From Candidatus Latescibacterota bacterium (lineage in GTDB: Bacteria > Latescibacterota > UBA2968 > GCA-2709665), in NCBI GenBank assembly GCA_965237675.1, contig OZ250150.1, positions 2,560,001 through 2,624,000 of the forward strand: a stretch of 64,000 bases of DNA, read 5' to 3'. Shown in pieces: positions 20,601 through 29,327 of the stretch; within the stretch, counting starts at the first letter, position 1; every line of letters starts with the position of its first letter. Under the pieces are notes generated by a model. The model saw only the letters and a list, made by a program, of their open reading frames with translations. It did not search any database and was not told where the DNA came from. The position numbers and the translations under genes were made by a program.

Positions 20601-21973
20601 CTGAAGGTGAATCCTTCCACGAGCATTTGAACGACGCCGTTGAATTCTTCAATGCTCAGATTTCGATAGATGAATGACTTCCTGACGAGGTCGTAGAGCG
20701 CGTCTGACGTGCTATCCTCGCACGTCACCTCCGCCACGATCTGCTGGGCGAGCACATCCAGCGGTTTCTCTGGAAAGGGAAGATTGTCCAGTTCGCCCCT
20801 GCGGACACTGTCAAGCAGCGCCACCGCTTCGACCAATTCGTCTTTGGTAAGCGGGTACAGCTTCCCCCTCGGGGTTCCCGCAAGGGTGTGGCCGGAACGG
20901 CCAACGCGCTGGAGCAGCGTTGCAATGGATTTGGGGGATCCGATTTGAACAACCAGATCGATGGATCCCACGTCGATGCCCAGTTCGAGGGAGCCGGTGG
21001 CCACCAGGGCCCTCAGGGCGCCGGCCTTGAGCCTCGTCTCCGCGTCCAGGCGCTTTTCCCTGGACATGCTCCCGTGGTGGGCGGAGACGATTTCGTCTCC
21101 AAGCCTGGCGGACAGATGATGCGACAGGCGTTCGGCCATGGAGCGGGTGGGGACGAATATGAGGGTGGTCTGATGTTCGGCGATGGTATGTTCCAGGGAT
21201 TGATGGATCTCTTCCCAGACCTCGTTGGCCATCACTGCCGTGAGCGGCGATTCCGGCAACTCGATGTCCAGTTCCAACTCACGCCGGTGCCCGATGTTGA
21301 GGATTTCGCAGGGTTCCGCGCCGCCGGTAAGAAAATGCGCCATCCGCTCGATGGGCTTCTGGGTGGCGGAAATGCCGATCCGGTGGAGCGGGTTCCGGCT
21401 GAGGCGCGCCAGCCGCTCCATGGAAATCGACAGGTGGGCGCCGCGTTTGTTTCCGGCGACGGCATGGATCTCATCCACGATCAACGTGCCCGCGCTGCTC
21501 AGCATTTCCCTTCCGCCGTTGCTTGTCAGGAGAAGGTAGAGAGATTCCGGCGTGGTCACCAGGATGTGGGGGGGCTTCCGGACCATCTTTGCCCGTTCGG
21601 TGCCCGGGGTGTCGCCGGTCCGGACCATCGCCCGCACGCCGGCGTCGGGGTAGCCGTTCTGTTCCAGGAGCGCCTTTATGCCCTTGAGCGGCACCTGCAG
21701 ATTGCGATGGATATCGTTGCTTAGCGCCTTCAGGGGCGATACATAGACGACGTGGGTTCGGTCCTCCAGCGTGCCGTCGAGACGGCGCTCGAAAAGGTCG
21801 TTCAGGATCGCCAGAAATGCGGCGAGCGTTTTTCCCGATCCGGTCGGCGCGGACAGCAGGACATTTTTTCTGTCCAGGATTTCCGGCCAGGCCAGAGACT
21901 GAATTTCGGACGGGTCGCTGAAATTCTGATTAAACCACTTCCGGACAACGGGATGGAAGTCTTCCAGGGGCAT
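17642..21973 (-). CDS. lhr: Lhr-family ATP-dependent DEAD/DEAH helicase (long form)
   Basis: Motifs APTGSGKT, YVSPLKALSNDI, VDEIH, HHGS, LELGIDVG, LQRVGRSGH; C-terminal LLKRYGVVFR and EVRGGRFV. Confidence 0.95.
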   Translation of the reverse strand: MPLEDFHPVVRKWFNQNFSDPSEIQSLAWPEILDRKNVLLSAPTGSGKTLAAFLAILNDLFERRLDGTLEDRTHVVYVSPLKALSNDIHRNLQVPLKGIKALLEQNGYPDAGVRAMVRTGDTPGTERAKMVRKPPHILVTTPESLYLLLTSNGGREMLSSAGTLIVDEIHAVAGNKRGAHLSISMERLARLSRNPLHRIGISATQKPIERMAHFLTGGAEPCEILNIGHRRELELDIELPESPLTAVMANEVWEEIHQSLEHTIAEHQTTLIFVPTRSMAERLSHHLSARLGDEIVSAHHGSMSREKRLDAETRLKAGALRALVATGSLELGIDVGSIDLVVQIGSPKSIATLLQRVGRSGHTLAGTPRGKLYPLTKDELVEAVALLDSVRRGELDNLPFPEKPLDVLAQQIVAEVTCEDSTSDALYDLVRKSFIYRNLSIEEFNGVVQMLVEGFTFRRGTRRSYLHFNPVTRTLRAKKGARLNATVSGGTIPDQFDYDVRLEPSGVQIGSVHEDFAVESLPGDIFQLGTASWRILKVETGKVRVEDADGLPPTMPFWIGEAPGRSAELSTSVSRVREEVSARINLDELDENGSGEWKTDAVTWLTDEAGASADAADQVVTYLAATKASLDLVPSQKHIVLERFFDEVGDQHLVIHSVFGNRLNRAWGLALRKRFCRKFNFELQAAANEESLVLSLGPTHSFPLEEVVGYLNDRTVREVLVQALLDAPMFQARWRWNACTALAVLRRRGGERVPPQIQRSDAEDLLALIFPDQLACLENIPGDREVPDHPLVYQTIHDCLHEAMNVDALERLLQRIHNGEIEVSARDLREPSPMSEGILNARPYAFLDDAPLEERRVQAVRTRRRLEPEDARKLGKLEKGAIEAVQAEAWPAVTDADELYDVLVMHGFLTDTEVMESGDGTWRPLLASLVESGQAVPADPRDGPKLWIAVERIPQFEVLYGEAVGRGATAVHDSIREFSSEDPEQVLTDVVRGRIELLGPTTASRIARDMGLSRQRIDQVLHALESEGFAIRGHFSPDLPSDAETEWCERRLLARIHRYTLEKLRRAIRPISSSDYVRFLLRWHNLTEDTRKGGPEALKEVLDQLDGFSCPAIAWESDVLPSRIKDYDHLWLDTCCLSGKTMWGRYLRTQSARAGNTPIRTTPITLVNRTTFGAWPFRPAESCTPVLTPSAQRVFECLKAGGALFYHDILARSKMLRSEIESAIAELVAAGKLTCDSFAGLRALLIPEKFKVRSRRNRGPVFGMEQAGRWSLIEPEFEDQADIEQCARILLKRYGVVFRRVLARESGIPPWRDLVRVLRRMEDRGEVRGGRFVERWGEQYALPAAITVIRSLKREKRRGELVSVSACDPVNLVGVVTPGRRIPAIPGNRILFRDGEPVARYEGKSVHFEKKLDAETAWTLEKSLIRKHVPPKLREYLGKIVLP

Positions 21974-22036
21974 GTGCGATTCTCATCCGGAGTGTGTGGA
22001 GGCCGGGATCAGACGTGTTGGGCGCGGTGGACGGGG

Positions 22037-22080
22037 GAACATCCGTTCACCAATATAACGAACAGCCCTGTCAAATGCAA
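22037..22080 (-). promoter_or_regulatory. lhr promoter with overlapping LexA-type box
   Basis: Minus strand TTGCAT-N17-TATATT (22080-22052) and GAAC-ATCC-GTTC at 22037-22048. Confidence 0.5.
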
Positions 22081-22121
22081 GGCGCCGGAATCCAATTCCC
22101 GATCCGGTTCCGGGACGCCAC

Positions 22122-22865
22122 CTATCGCCCTGCATGATCCTGTTGTGATGGCCGGAACTCGTCCCAGTGGGTGATCGAATCCGCCCACGTTTGTGGGTTC
22201 GCCATCGGCCGGTCGCGCGAACGATCGAAATACATGGCGGCCACGCCCATAGATCCGGGGGCCAGGACATCGTTGCGAAGATTGTCTCCGATGAACAGGA
22301 CGTCGCGTGCCTCGTCAGCCGCAAGACCGGCCCTCCTGAGACTCTCACGATAGATTTCCGACCCCGGCTTTCTGAACCCCAATCTTGCGCTGTCCAAGAC
22401 AAACTGGAAGTTGTCCAACAATCCGTGGTCGGCGAGCAGCTGCTCCGGCCACCCTGAAAGGTAGAAATTCGACACGACACCCATACGAACTCGACCACGC
22501 CACGATGCCAGCATCGCCTCGACCCCGGGCGTTGGTCGGACCTGCTTCGGATAAGACCTTTTGAATTCTTCCACCATTTCTTGTACGAGCCCGTGAACGG
22601 GCTTTCGAACGGTCTTTTCGGTAGCCGAAAGCACTTCCGACAGTCGGTCTTCAAGCTCGACCTCCCTCGAGTCGTTGCCGGACAATCGGTGCCTCCGCCA
22701 GCGCGAATACGCATTCACGAAGTCGCAGGGAGTGGCGAAGTAACCCTCCCGGACCGGCAGGTCGACAATCGAGCTCAATCCGTACTCATCTCCGGTTTCA
22801 TCGAAGTCGTCCAGAAGGGTATTGAAGCAATCGAAGAAGATCCACCTCGGCGTTCGGTCGGTCAT
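22122..22865 (-). CDS. HAD-superfamily hydrolase
   Basis: Motifs FFDCFNTL, VVSN, RKP, FIGDNLRNDV. Confidence 0.9.
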   Translation of the reverse strand: MTDRTPRWIFFDCFNTLLDDFDETGDEYGLSSIVDLPVREGYFATPCDFVNAYSRWRRHRLSGNDSREVELEDRLSEVLSATEKTVRKPVHGLVQEMVEEFKRSYPKQVRPTPGVEAMLASWRGRVRMGVVSNFYLSGWPEQLLADHGLLDNFQFVLDSARLGFRKPGSEIYRESLRRAGLAADEARDVLFIGDNLRNDVLAPGSMGVAAMYFDRSRDRPMANPQTWADSITHWDEFRPSQQDHAGR

Positions 22866-22890
22866 GGGGTCGAGGAAAGCGATTGAGAGA

Positions 22891-23664
22891 TTAATGTCCG
22901 TGGCGGGGGTTCACAAGTGTCAGGTGCAGGGCCGCGTCCAGCCCTGCAAGATGAGCGGCCGTTCGCTGCGCCATCGGCCATGCCGTGGGCGTCTCGAAGA
23001 TGAGCACGTGATCCGCGTGGTATCGAAGAACGTATGGCACGATCCCGCCCGTGCCCCACGACGGCGCGACCTTGTAGACGCCCCTTGAGATGGGGAGGTC
23101 GTTCTCTTCCTCCTCCCCGTCGAGATCGATGGCGCCCACCTTCTCGACCTCTCGGACGATCTCCGGTCCGGCCCAGCGTTCATCGCGACGGCCTTCGTAC
23201 ATATAGAATCCGGTGGCCTCCCAGTCTTCGTGGAAATCCACGTACAGGTCGAAACGCTTTCCCTTCAATATCCGCCTGGCAATTTCACCCTCGCGAACGC
23301 CGACCTCCGAGAATGACCGGTTGATATCTTCACCCTGGCGGTTTTCCCTCTTATTGTGGACGTATCCCCAGGGATTCACACACGGCAGGACGAGAAACGT
23401 AAAGTGCCGGAGCAGATCCGCCGGGTCCCGTTCGAGAAACGCGAGAACCGCCTCCGGCCCCGCCGGTTCGTCGCCGTGGACCCCGCCGGAGAGAAGCACC
23501 CGCTTTCTGCCGCGAGGGTCACCGCCTAACCGGATACAATAGATGGGATAATCGCCCACGAATCCGGCCGTCTCCATCTCCATATCCGCCAGGTTCAGTG
23601 CCTCCAGACGCCGGGTCAAACGACCGAAATCATGGCCTTCAATTTTTAAATCTTCCGGTTTCAT
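22891..23664 (-). CDS. M14 metallocarboxypeptidase / succinylglutamate desuccinylase-like
   Basis: Motifs GGVHGDEPAG, PCVNPWGY, DINRSF, DFHED, FETP. Confidence 0.9.
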   Translation of the reverse strand: MKPEDLKIEGHDFGRLTRRLEALNLADMEMETAGFVGDYPIYCIRLGGDPRGRKRVLLSGGVHGDEPAGPEAVLAFLERDPADLLRHFTFLVLPCVNPWGYVHNKRENRQGEDINRSFSEVGVREGEIARRILKGKRFDLYVDFHEDWEATGFYMYEGRRDERWAGPEIVREVEKVGAIDLDGEEEENDLPISRGVYKVAPSWGTGGIVPYVLRYHADHVLIFETPTAWPMAQRTAAHLAGLDAALHLTLVNPRHGH

Positions 23665-23794
23665 GGATCTGCCCGTTTCCTGAGATGGTAAGCCTGATTA
23701 ATACATGCAATTGTCACGTTTAGCTGCTTTATTCGCCAATCAATCAATGCCACCCCAGCATAAAGGCTTGTCGAGCCGTTGAGGATGCGGGTGT

Positions 23795-24048
23795 GAAGGT
23801 GGGGCAGACATTCCTGTCTGCCCTTCTCGTGTTTACGCAACGCTTCGTTCGACTCCCCCTCTCCTCGCAGGAGAGGGGGCCGGGGGGAGAGGTCCTTCTG
23901 CCGTAATGCAGACGGAAGTGATCCAATTGATAGCGCCGCCCTTTTTCCAGTGGGGGAGACGGAGGCGGGTCGTGGCGTGCCCGGACACAGGATTCTGAGG
24001 TTTCGGTTTGATGTATGTGAGCAGACAGGAATGTCTGCTCCACCTTCT
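23795..24048. repeat. Inverted pair of GTGG-family REPs (REPIN-like) enclosing another palindromic repeat
   Basis: GAAGGTGGGGCAGACATTCCTGTCTGCCC and reverse complement GAAGGTGGAGCAGACATTCCTGTCTGCTC; internal CCCCCTCTCCTCGCAGGAGAGGGGG at ~23855-23879. Confidence 0.8.
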
Positions 24049-24146
24049 TAAGCATTGGTTCGAGGTATCGCTTGAGCTCGTGAACCATCTGAGACAAATC
24101 GCCATTACTTGCTTCAAATTCCAGAAACTGCAAGGTGTCGCTGTAA

Positions 24147-24176
24147 CCTGTCTGCGTGCGGTGACGCACAGGCAGG
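24147..24176. repeat. Short palindromic dispersed repeat
   Basis: CCTGTCTGCGTGCGGTGACGCACAGGCAGG forms a hairpin. Confidence 0.55.
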
Positions 24177-24366
24177 CTGGTCAGGACGCCCCCGTCGGAG
24201 GCGCCTTCCGTATTCTTACGGCATCGACTTGCAGGAGAGACCCTGTCATGATTATCTTGAACGTACATGGTCGTTTTCTCCCAATTCATTGTTATAACAT
24301 TACTTGTGTCACCATAATACAATGACTTGGGTAAGGGAACTACCATTTTTTAGTGAATTATTGAGG

Positions 24367-26700
24367 TTAGGTAAGCGTCCGATAACGATCTAATGCCGTT
24401 CGTTCGAATGCCTTACCTCTTATTAGCTTCGATCCATCCATTCTGACCATCTTGAAAGCACTATCCAGGCCCCACGCATATCCAATGTCCACAATTGCTT
24501 CACCTGATGCTTCTAACGACCGCCGCGTGGGGATCTTGTTGCTATTGGAAATCTCGACCAGTTCCTGAATACGGTACCGGTCCGAGATTAGAATTGGCGC
24601 GCAGCATTCAATTGTTCTGCCCAACATGAGCGTCGCAAGACGCGCTGAGTCTGTAGGAAGCTCGTCCCACGTATTCCAGATAACGGGTTTGCAGTTTAAC
24701 TGTTTCGCTCGATCTATAACGCGAAAACACTCAGTTGCATCGAGCATCTGTTCATTTTGCACAACACCCACGTACACTGATCCCTGGTCGGTCTCCAGAG
24801 CACATCCGGGATCGTCTACGGTCCTCCATCTGGACCGGCTAAACACTGCCAGTCCTTCGTCGATAAGTCGAACACGGATTGGCATCTTTGGATTCGAGTT
24901 AGGTGGATTCTGTGGTCTTGGTCTCGGCAGGTCTTCGGCTCGTGGAATCCGACCCCACACCAATTCTCCATCAAGTAAACCCATATCCAGATCTACAATG
25001 TAGACCGTGTCCGATTCTGTGCATTTTGACAATGGAAGTGAATTCCTGGTACCTGCTTTTCTGGCTCTGAGTTCATTACCATCTGGCGAAAACGCAAAAG
25101 GATGAGTTCTGGTCGCAACCTTCTTCACACGGTGATGGAGCGTACATAGTGCGAACACGCGATTTTCTACCGCTCTTAGACGAAGGATTGATGACCATTT
25201 GATGTCAACAACGTTGAAGTAGCTTGGATTGATCCATATACAGGCGCCACGTTTTGCGAGAAAACGTGGCAACAGACCCAGATATTGGTCGTGGCAAATC
25301 GTGGCGCCAGCCCGGACGCCGACCAGGTCGAAGGTCGGAAGCATCACGTGTGGACTCCAGTCGGAACTCTCAAATGCAACTGCGCCTGCCGTAGAATGCT
25401 TCACGTATATTCGCGAATGCGATCTATCGGGATCTATACGTTGCAGAACCTCCCAGGTGCGCCCGGTTGAGTCGACACTATTGTCGGTCGCGCCGACCAG
25501 CAAAGGCGCATCCAGATCCGCAGCGAGTTCCTTTAGTAAGTTGATACGTTTGGAATCGGTCGCGCTAATGTATCCTTCCGGAAAGAGAACAAAGTCTACG
25601 CTTTCGCCTGCAAAGGATGCGTGGGTGGGTATGACGGGCTTTTGGGCATTATCTCCAAGAGGTACGATTCCGAGTAGCGCACTATGGTTTACCTGAGGAA
25701 ACACGAGTGCCGCTCGCAGTACAGAAGTCGTTCGAGCAGCGGAGTTATGCCTTTTGGCCATCGTTTGGCTTGCTCTTAAGGGCTTCTGCGTTGAACTGTG
25801 AAGGCCGATAAAAGCGGAGAATCGCTGCTTGTCGATGTTGCTGTCCGGGTCGAGCGAGCACCAGACCAAATCGTGGGCGTACATTCGAACCGTTGGCTGA
25901 AGACCCTTGATCGATGGGACGAGATCCCGAAGAGCGTCATACCAGGCCCGTTGTTCGTCACGGAAAGGGGGATCGTTGTCCTTTGCATCGTGGCGTTCAC
26001 ATTGTGATATCCACTGCTTTTTTGAAAACCCTAAGGCGAGGTCGTCCGGGTACGCGCTAAGAGCCAGTTTCCGTGGGGTCGTAAAGTGTTGGCTCTCATC
26101 GAACTCCAGGATGAATCCGGGTTCAGGTACCCAAAAATCGCACGCCGCCAGCGTTTCCGCTCTCACAAAGTCCTGCAAACCAAAGCCACGGTATGTCTCC
26201 AGAACCGTTACAAGTTTCCTTAGTGTGGTGTAGATCGGGGTTCCCATGTAGGAGCAGACGTGAGTTGACCAGCCAAACCTGTGGTTTAGACGGCACTCTC
26301 CGTAAATGCGCTCCAGTAGGTCATGAACCCGGTTTTTGCATTCGGCACACCGCTCTGAATGCCGTTCTGACCGAATACCAGACGTCCTCTTTTTGGACCG
26401 ATTAGCCGGGGACGTGACAGGGCTGACTCGATGGGTACCACCGCATTTGCACTCGACAATTTCGAAGCCGTGGGTCGTGAGGAAGCCATTGGACTCGGCG
26501 CCGCCCGAGAATTCGTATGAGGGCAGGAATCGACCCGTAGCTATCTGGTGAGCCAATGCGATCGTGTACTTGGGTGGAAAGTGAAAGTCATCCACTAACA
26601 AACAGTAATTCCGCGCACTCCTCCTTGGCGGAACACCCTCACGGCCAATCCGCCGCATAGCCGCGACTATGTTTGCTTTCGTGATGAATGACGGAACCAT
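24367..26700 (-). CDS. Multidomain protein: McrA/McrB-type head, Vsr/DUF559-like endonuclease and carbon-nitrogen hydrolase
   Basis: Head FPPKY...FSGG..SN.FL...GFEI; CxxC; CDF(D188)...LEFDESQHF; nitrilase triad FPEG (E375), YVKH (K434), TICHD (C469); RAVEN. Confidence 0.85.
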   Translation of the reverse strand: MVPSFITKANIVAAMRRIGREGVPPRRSARNYCLLVDDFHFPPKYTIALAHQIATGRFLPSYEFSGGAESNGFLTTHGFEIVECKCGGTHRVSPVTSPANRSKKRTSGIRSERHSERCAECKNRVHDLLERIYGECRLNHRFGWSTHVCSYMGTPIYTTLRKLVTVLETYRGFGLQDFVRAETLAACDFWVPEPGFILEFDESQHFTTPRKLALSAYPDDLALGFSKKQWISQCERHDAKDNDPPFRDEQRAWYDALRDLVPSIKGLQPTVRMYAHDLVWCSLDPDSNIDKQRFSAFIGLHSSTQKPLRASQTMAKRHNSAARTTSVLRAALVFPQVNHSALLGIVPLGDNAQKPVIPTHASFAGESVDFVLFPEGYISATDSKRINLLKELAADLDAPLLVGATDNSVDSTGRTWEVLQRIDPDRSHSRIYVKHSTAGAVAFESSDWSPHVMLPTFDLVGVRAGATICHDQYLGLLPRFLAKRGACIWINPSYFNVVDIKWSSILRLRAVENRVFALCTLHHRVKKVATRTHPFAFSPDGNELRARKAGTRNSLPLSKCTESDTVYIVDLDMGLLDGELVWGRIPRAEDLPRPRPQNPPNSNPKMPIRVRLIDEGLAVFSRSRWRTVDDPGCALETDQGSVYVGVVQNEQMLDATECFRVIDRAKQLNCKPVIWNTWDELPTDSARLATLMLGRTIECCAPILISDRYRIQELVEISNSNKIPTRRSLEASGEAIVDIGYAWGLDSAFKMVRMDGSKLIRGKAFERTALDRYRTLT

Positions 26701-26856
26701 GATTCTTCTCGCTTGCGAGGTGTTGGTCTGCTAAATTCATTCACCCTGGTGAAACTGCCAACCAGGGCGCTGATACTGCAAGGCTGATTGGGCGGAGCCC
26801 GGCCAGATCGATCCGTACTCAGAAATCGCATGAAACCCGGTCGTAATTCCCCAGTC

Positions 26857-27681
26857 CTACCGTTTTGGCGCCGGTGGATTGTACCGTATGGCGTGGTAGT
26901 CGTAGTCGCTCGTAATGGGAACGGGCCTCCCGTCCAGAAACGCCCATCTCCCCACGTCGCACGAGGATGCCCGGACGAATCCGTTGATGTACGACCGCCG
27001 CGGCCGGTCCGTCGTATTCGGCGACGAGCCGTGAACCGTGTACGACGTAAACATCAGCACGTCTCCCGGCATGGCCTCGCAGGCCACGGCCGAGGAGACG
27101 TCCATCTGCGCTTCGACGCCCCCTTTCGCGTACCGTTTCACTTTCAAGTTGCCCAGTCTGTGGCTCCCCGGGACGACGTGCAAACAACCGTTTTCAACAT
27201 TCGCCTCGTCCACCACGACAATCGTCTGTACATAGTTGTTGACCTGATCGCGAAACGCGGGCGTCGGGCGGATGTCCTGGTGCCACGGAAATTCGATCTC
27301 GCCACCGGGCATTTTGAAGTTGATCTGATTGATATATTGCTTAAGAGACGTTCCGATCAACGGGTCCAGCAGGGCTGGAAACTTCGGACTGTTGCGGATC
27401 TCCTCGAATGCCGGATGAATTAGAGCGGGCCACTGGACCTTGCGAAGATATCGAACGGCATCCGGCCCTGCCATCGACCCGGGGGTCTGCAGGTGAATAT
27501 GCACGTCGTTCCGCCTGCCTTTGAGAATTTCATCCGGAAGATCCGTCCGCGATGCCAATTCCAGGATGTAGTCGTAACCCTCGCGCAGGCGCGCAATCTC
27601 ATCCCGGTCAAATACGCCTCGGGCCACGTGGTATCCCTGTTCCCGGAATGCTTCGACGTCTTTCTTGCTCAGAGTCGTCAT
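26857..27681 (-). CDS. Phytanoyl-CoA dioxygenase (PhyH) family Fe(II)/2OG oxygenase
   Basis: Motifs FREQGY, PWHQD, NGCLHVVPGSH, PGDVLMF..TVHGS.PN...PRR. Confidence 0.93.
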   Translation of the reverse strand: MTTLSKKDVEAFREQGYHVARGVFDRDEIARLREGYDYILELASRTDLPDEILKGRRNDVHIHLQTPGSMAGPDAVRYLRKVQWPALIHPAFEEIRNSPKFPALLDPLIGTSLKQYINQINFKMPGGEIEFPWHQDIRPTPAFRDQVNNYVQTIVVVDEANVENGCLHVVPGSHRLGNLKVKRYAKGGVEAQMDVSSAVACEAMPGDVLMFTSYTVHGSSPNTTDRPRRSYINGFVRASSCDVGRWAFLDGRPVPITSDYDYHAIRYNPPAPKR

Positions 27682-27919
27682 CGATCGTCGTCCCGATTCT
27701 TACCAGCTGCCGACAGTTGTCCAAGCGTCCGCACGTCCATAAGCATACCGGGAATCACGGGCGCGACGTTCTCGGTGACTTCCTGCCGGCCATGGAGAGG
27801 CGTGTCACCCACCGGATTGTCCAGCCAGTATGCGGCCGCGACACCGCATTCGAGGAAGGTGTCTTCGGTCATGTCTCCAATCCTGCTGACTCGGATCTCG
27901 GGATCCCGTTACGCACGAT

Positions 27920-28729
27920 CTATATCAGGAACGGAAGGTCCGTCTGGTCCGCAAGAACCTTGATCGAGCGGGGTTGACGTGGAATCCTTGAGATAAGGCC
28001 CAGCTTTTCCAATCTCTTGAGCATGCTGTTTACAGTTGGCGCCGTGACGCCAAAGTAGTGCTGGAAATCGGTCCGGGCTGGCGGAATGCCGTTAATCTTG
28101 GTGTAATAATGGATAAGGGCCAGATATTGTCCTTGCTTGTAAGTATAGGAAACGGTCTCCACGTAACTGACGATTTCGTCACTATCGAACTGGGCTAAGT
28201 ACTGATTGACAAGATCAATAGGGAAGTTTTCGGGATCGAAATTGCTCCCAAACCAGTCGATGGTCGAGGAATGCTCCGGGTGATCGCTGTCCGCCAGGGC
28301 CTCCAGGAACTCCGCATATCCCGAGATTCCGCCTACATCCTCAGGCGGGCACGATCGTTCACCCGCCAAACAGGTGGGATAAGATACCCCCGGTTCAGGC
28401 TCCTTGATTGCTTCCACTTTAACGAGATGCTCCCAACCGTCTCCAAAATCATATTGGTAGAGAAATTCGACGCCGGTGAATGGTGCAACCTGCTCCAGCG
28501 TGATTGCGTCTTCATTCAGCGTGTCCTCATCCCAATCGTAAAGCGCCGGGTCACATATTCCGTAGCGGGAGTCTGCTATGCGAAACTCGTGGAGATGGGA
28601 GTTGGTCCACCCCATCACGATTTGAAGTATCAAATGGAGGTCGCCGAGGGAGCACTCCCCGTCAACGGCAACACGTCTCCATATCGGCGGAGCAATGTCC
28701 ATCAAGGTGATCTTGAGTTGGTAGATCAT
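27920..28729 (-). CDS. pRiA4b ORF3-family protein fused to a LexA/MarR-like wHTH
   Basis: Motifs IYQLKITL..PPIWRR, MGWTNSHLHEF, YQYDFGDGWEH, CPPEDVGG; C-terminal KQGQYL.IHYY...PTVNSMLKRLEKLGLISR. Confidence 0.9.
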   Translation of the reverse strand: MIYQLKITLMDIAPPIWRRVAVDGECSLGDLHLILQIVMGWTNSHLHEFRIADSRYGICDPALYDWDEDTLNEDAITLEQVAPFTGVEFLYQYDFGDGWEHLVKVEAIKEPEPGVSYPTCLAGERSCPPEDVGGISGYAEFLEALADSDHPEHSSTIDWFGSNFDPENFPIDLVNQYLAQFDSDEIVSYVETVSYTYKQGQYLALIHYYTKINGIPPARTDFQHYFGVTAPTVNSMLKRLEKLGLISRIPRQPRSIKVLADQTDLPFLI

Positions 28730-28829
28730 GACTTCCTCCCGCTTTTTTCGGCGATGGGATATGCCCGTTCATTGTTGTCTGATCAGGAACATGGTATGGC
28801 GGGATGCGGGCGGGTCCGGACGAACGCTG

Positions 28830-29327
28830 CTATGTCCGACCCTCCATATTCGCGCGGATTCTGGCCGTCATTCCGCGTATTTGTGCGGATGTGAGGTGCA
28901 CCGGTGTTACCGTGTCGAAACGGACACCCTCGGCTCGCGCGATATGCGGGGGAAATTTGCCCTTCGCTGTCGTCGTTTTCCACTGCGGTACCACGTGCAG
29001 GTGGAAATGCGGAACCTCCTGTAAACTGGCGACACCGTTATTCTGGTAGATCAGCAATCCCTCCGCATCCACCGCGATTGACAGCGCCCTGCCCACCCGC
29101 CGGGCGACCTCAAGCACCTGGATCATTTCCGATTCGGTGAGATCGAACACGGTCGGCGCGTGCCGCTTTGGCGCAACCAGGCTCTGACCCTCCAGGAACT
29201 GCCTGCTATTCACCCTTGCAATGACGGCATCCGTTTCTTCCACGAAATCGCCCGGTTTACCGTTTCGTACAACTTCGCAGAAGAAACACGGGTCCTGTTC
29301 CGGAAGTTCGAATCCGTCAAAGTTCAC
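28830..29327 (-). CDS. HIT-family protein
   Basis: Motifs CFFC, QNNG...QEVPHFHLHVVP. Confidence 0.9.
   Translation of the reverse strand: MNFDGFELPEQDPCFFCEVVRNGKPGDFVEETDAVIARVNSRQFLEGQSLVAPKRHAPTVFDLTESEMIQVLEVARRVGRALSIAVDAEGLLIYQNNGVASLQEVPHFHLHVVPQWKTTTAKGKFPPHIARAEGVRFDTVTPVHLTSAQIRGMTARIRANMEGRT

Noticed and set aside
23744-24346. 200-aa ORF downstream of the nuclease-nitrilase gene as a possible partner
   Set aside because: It runs through several REP/palindromic repeats (ADRNVCPT, PSPPGPLS are repeat translations). Only a short stretch looks protein-like, so it is not supported as a gene.
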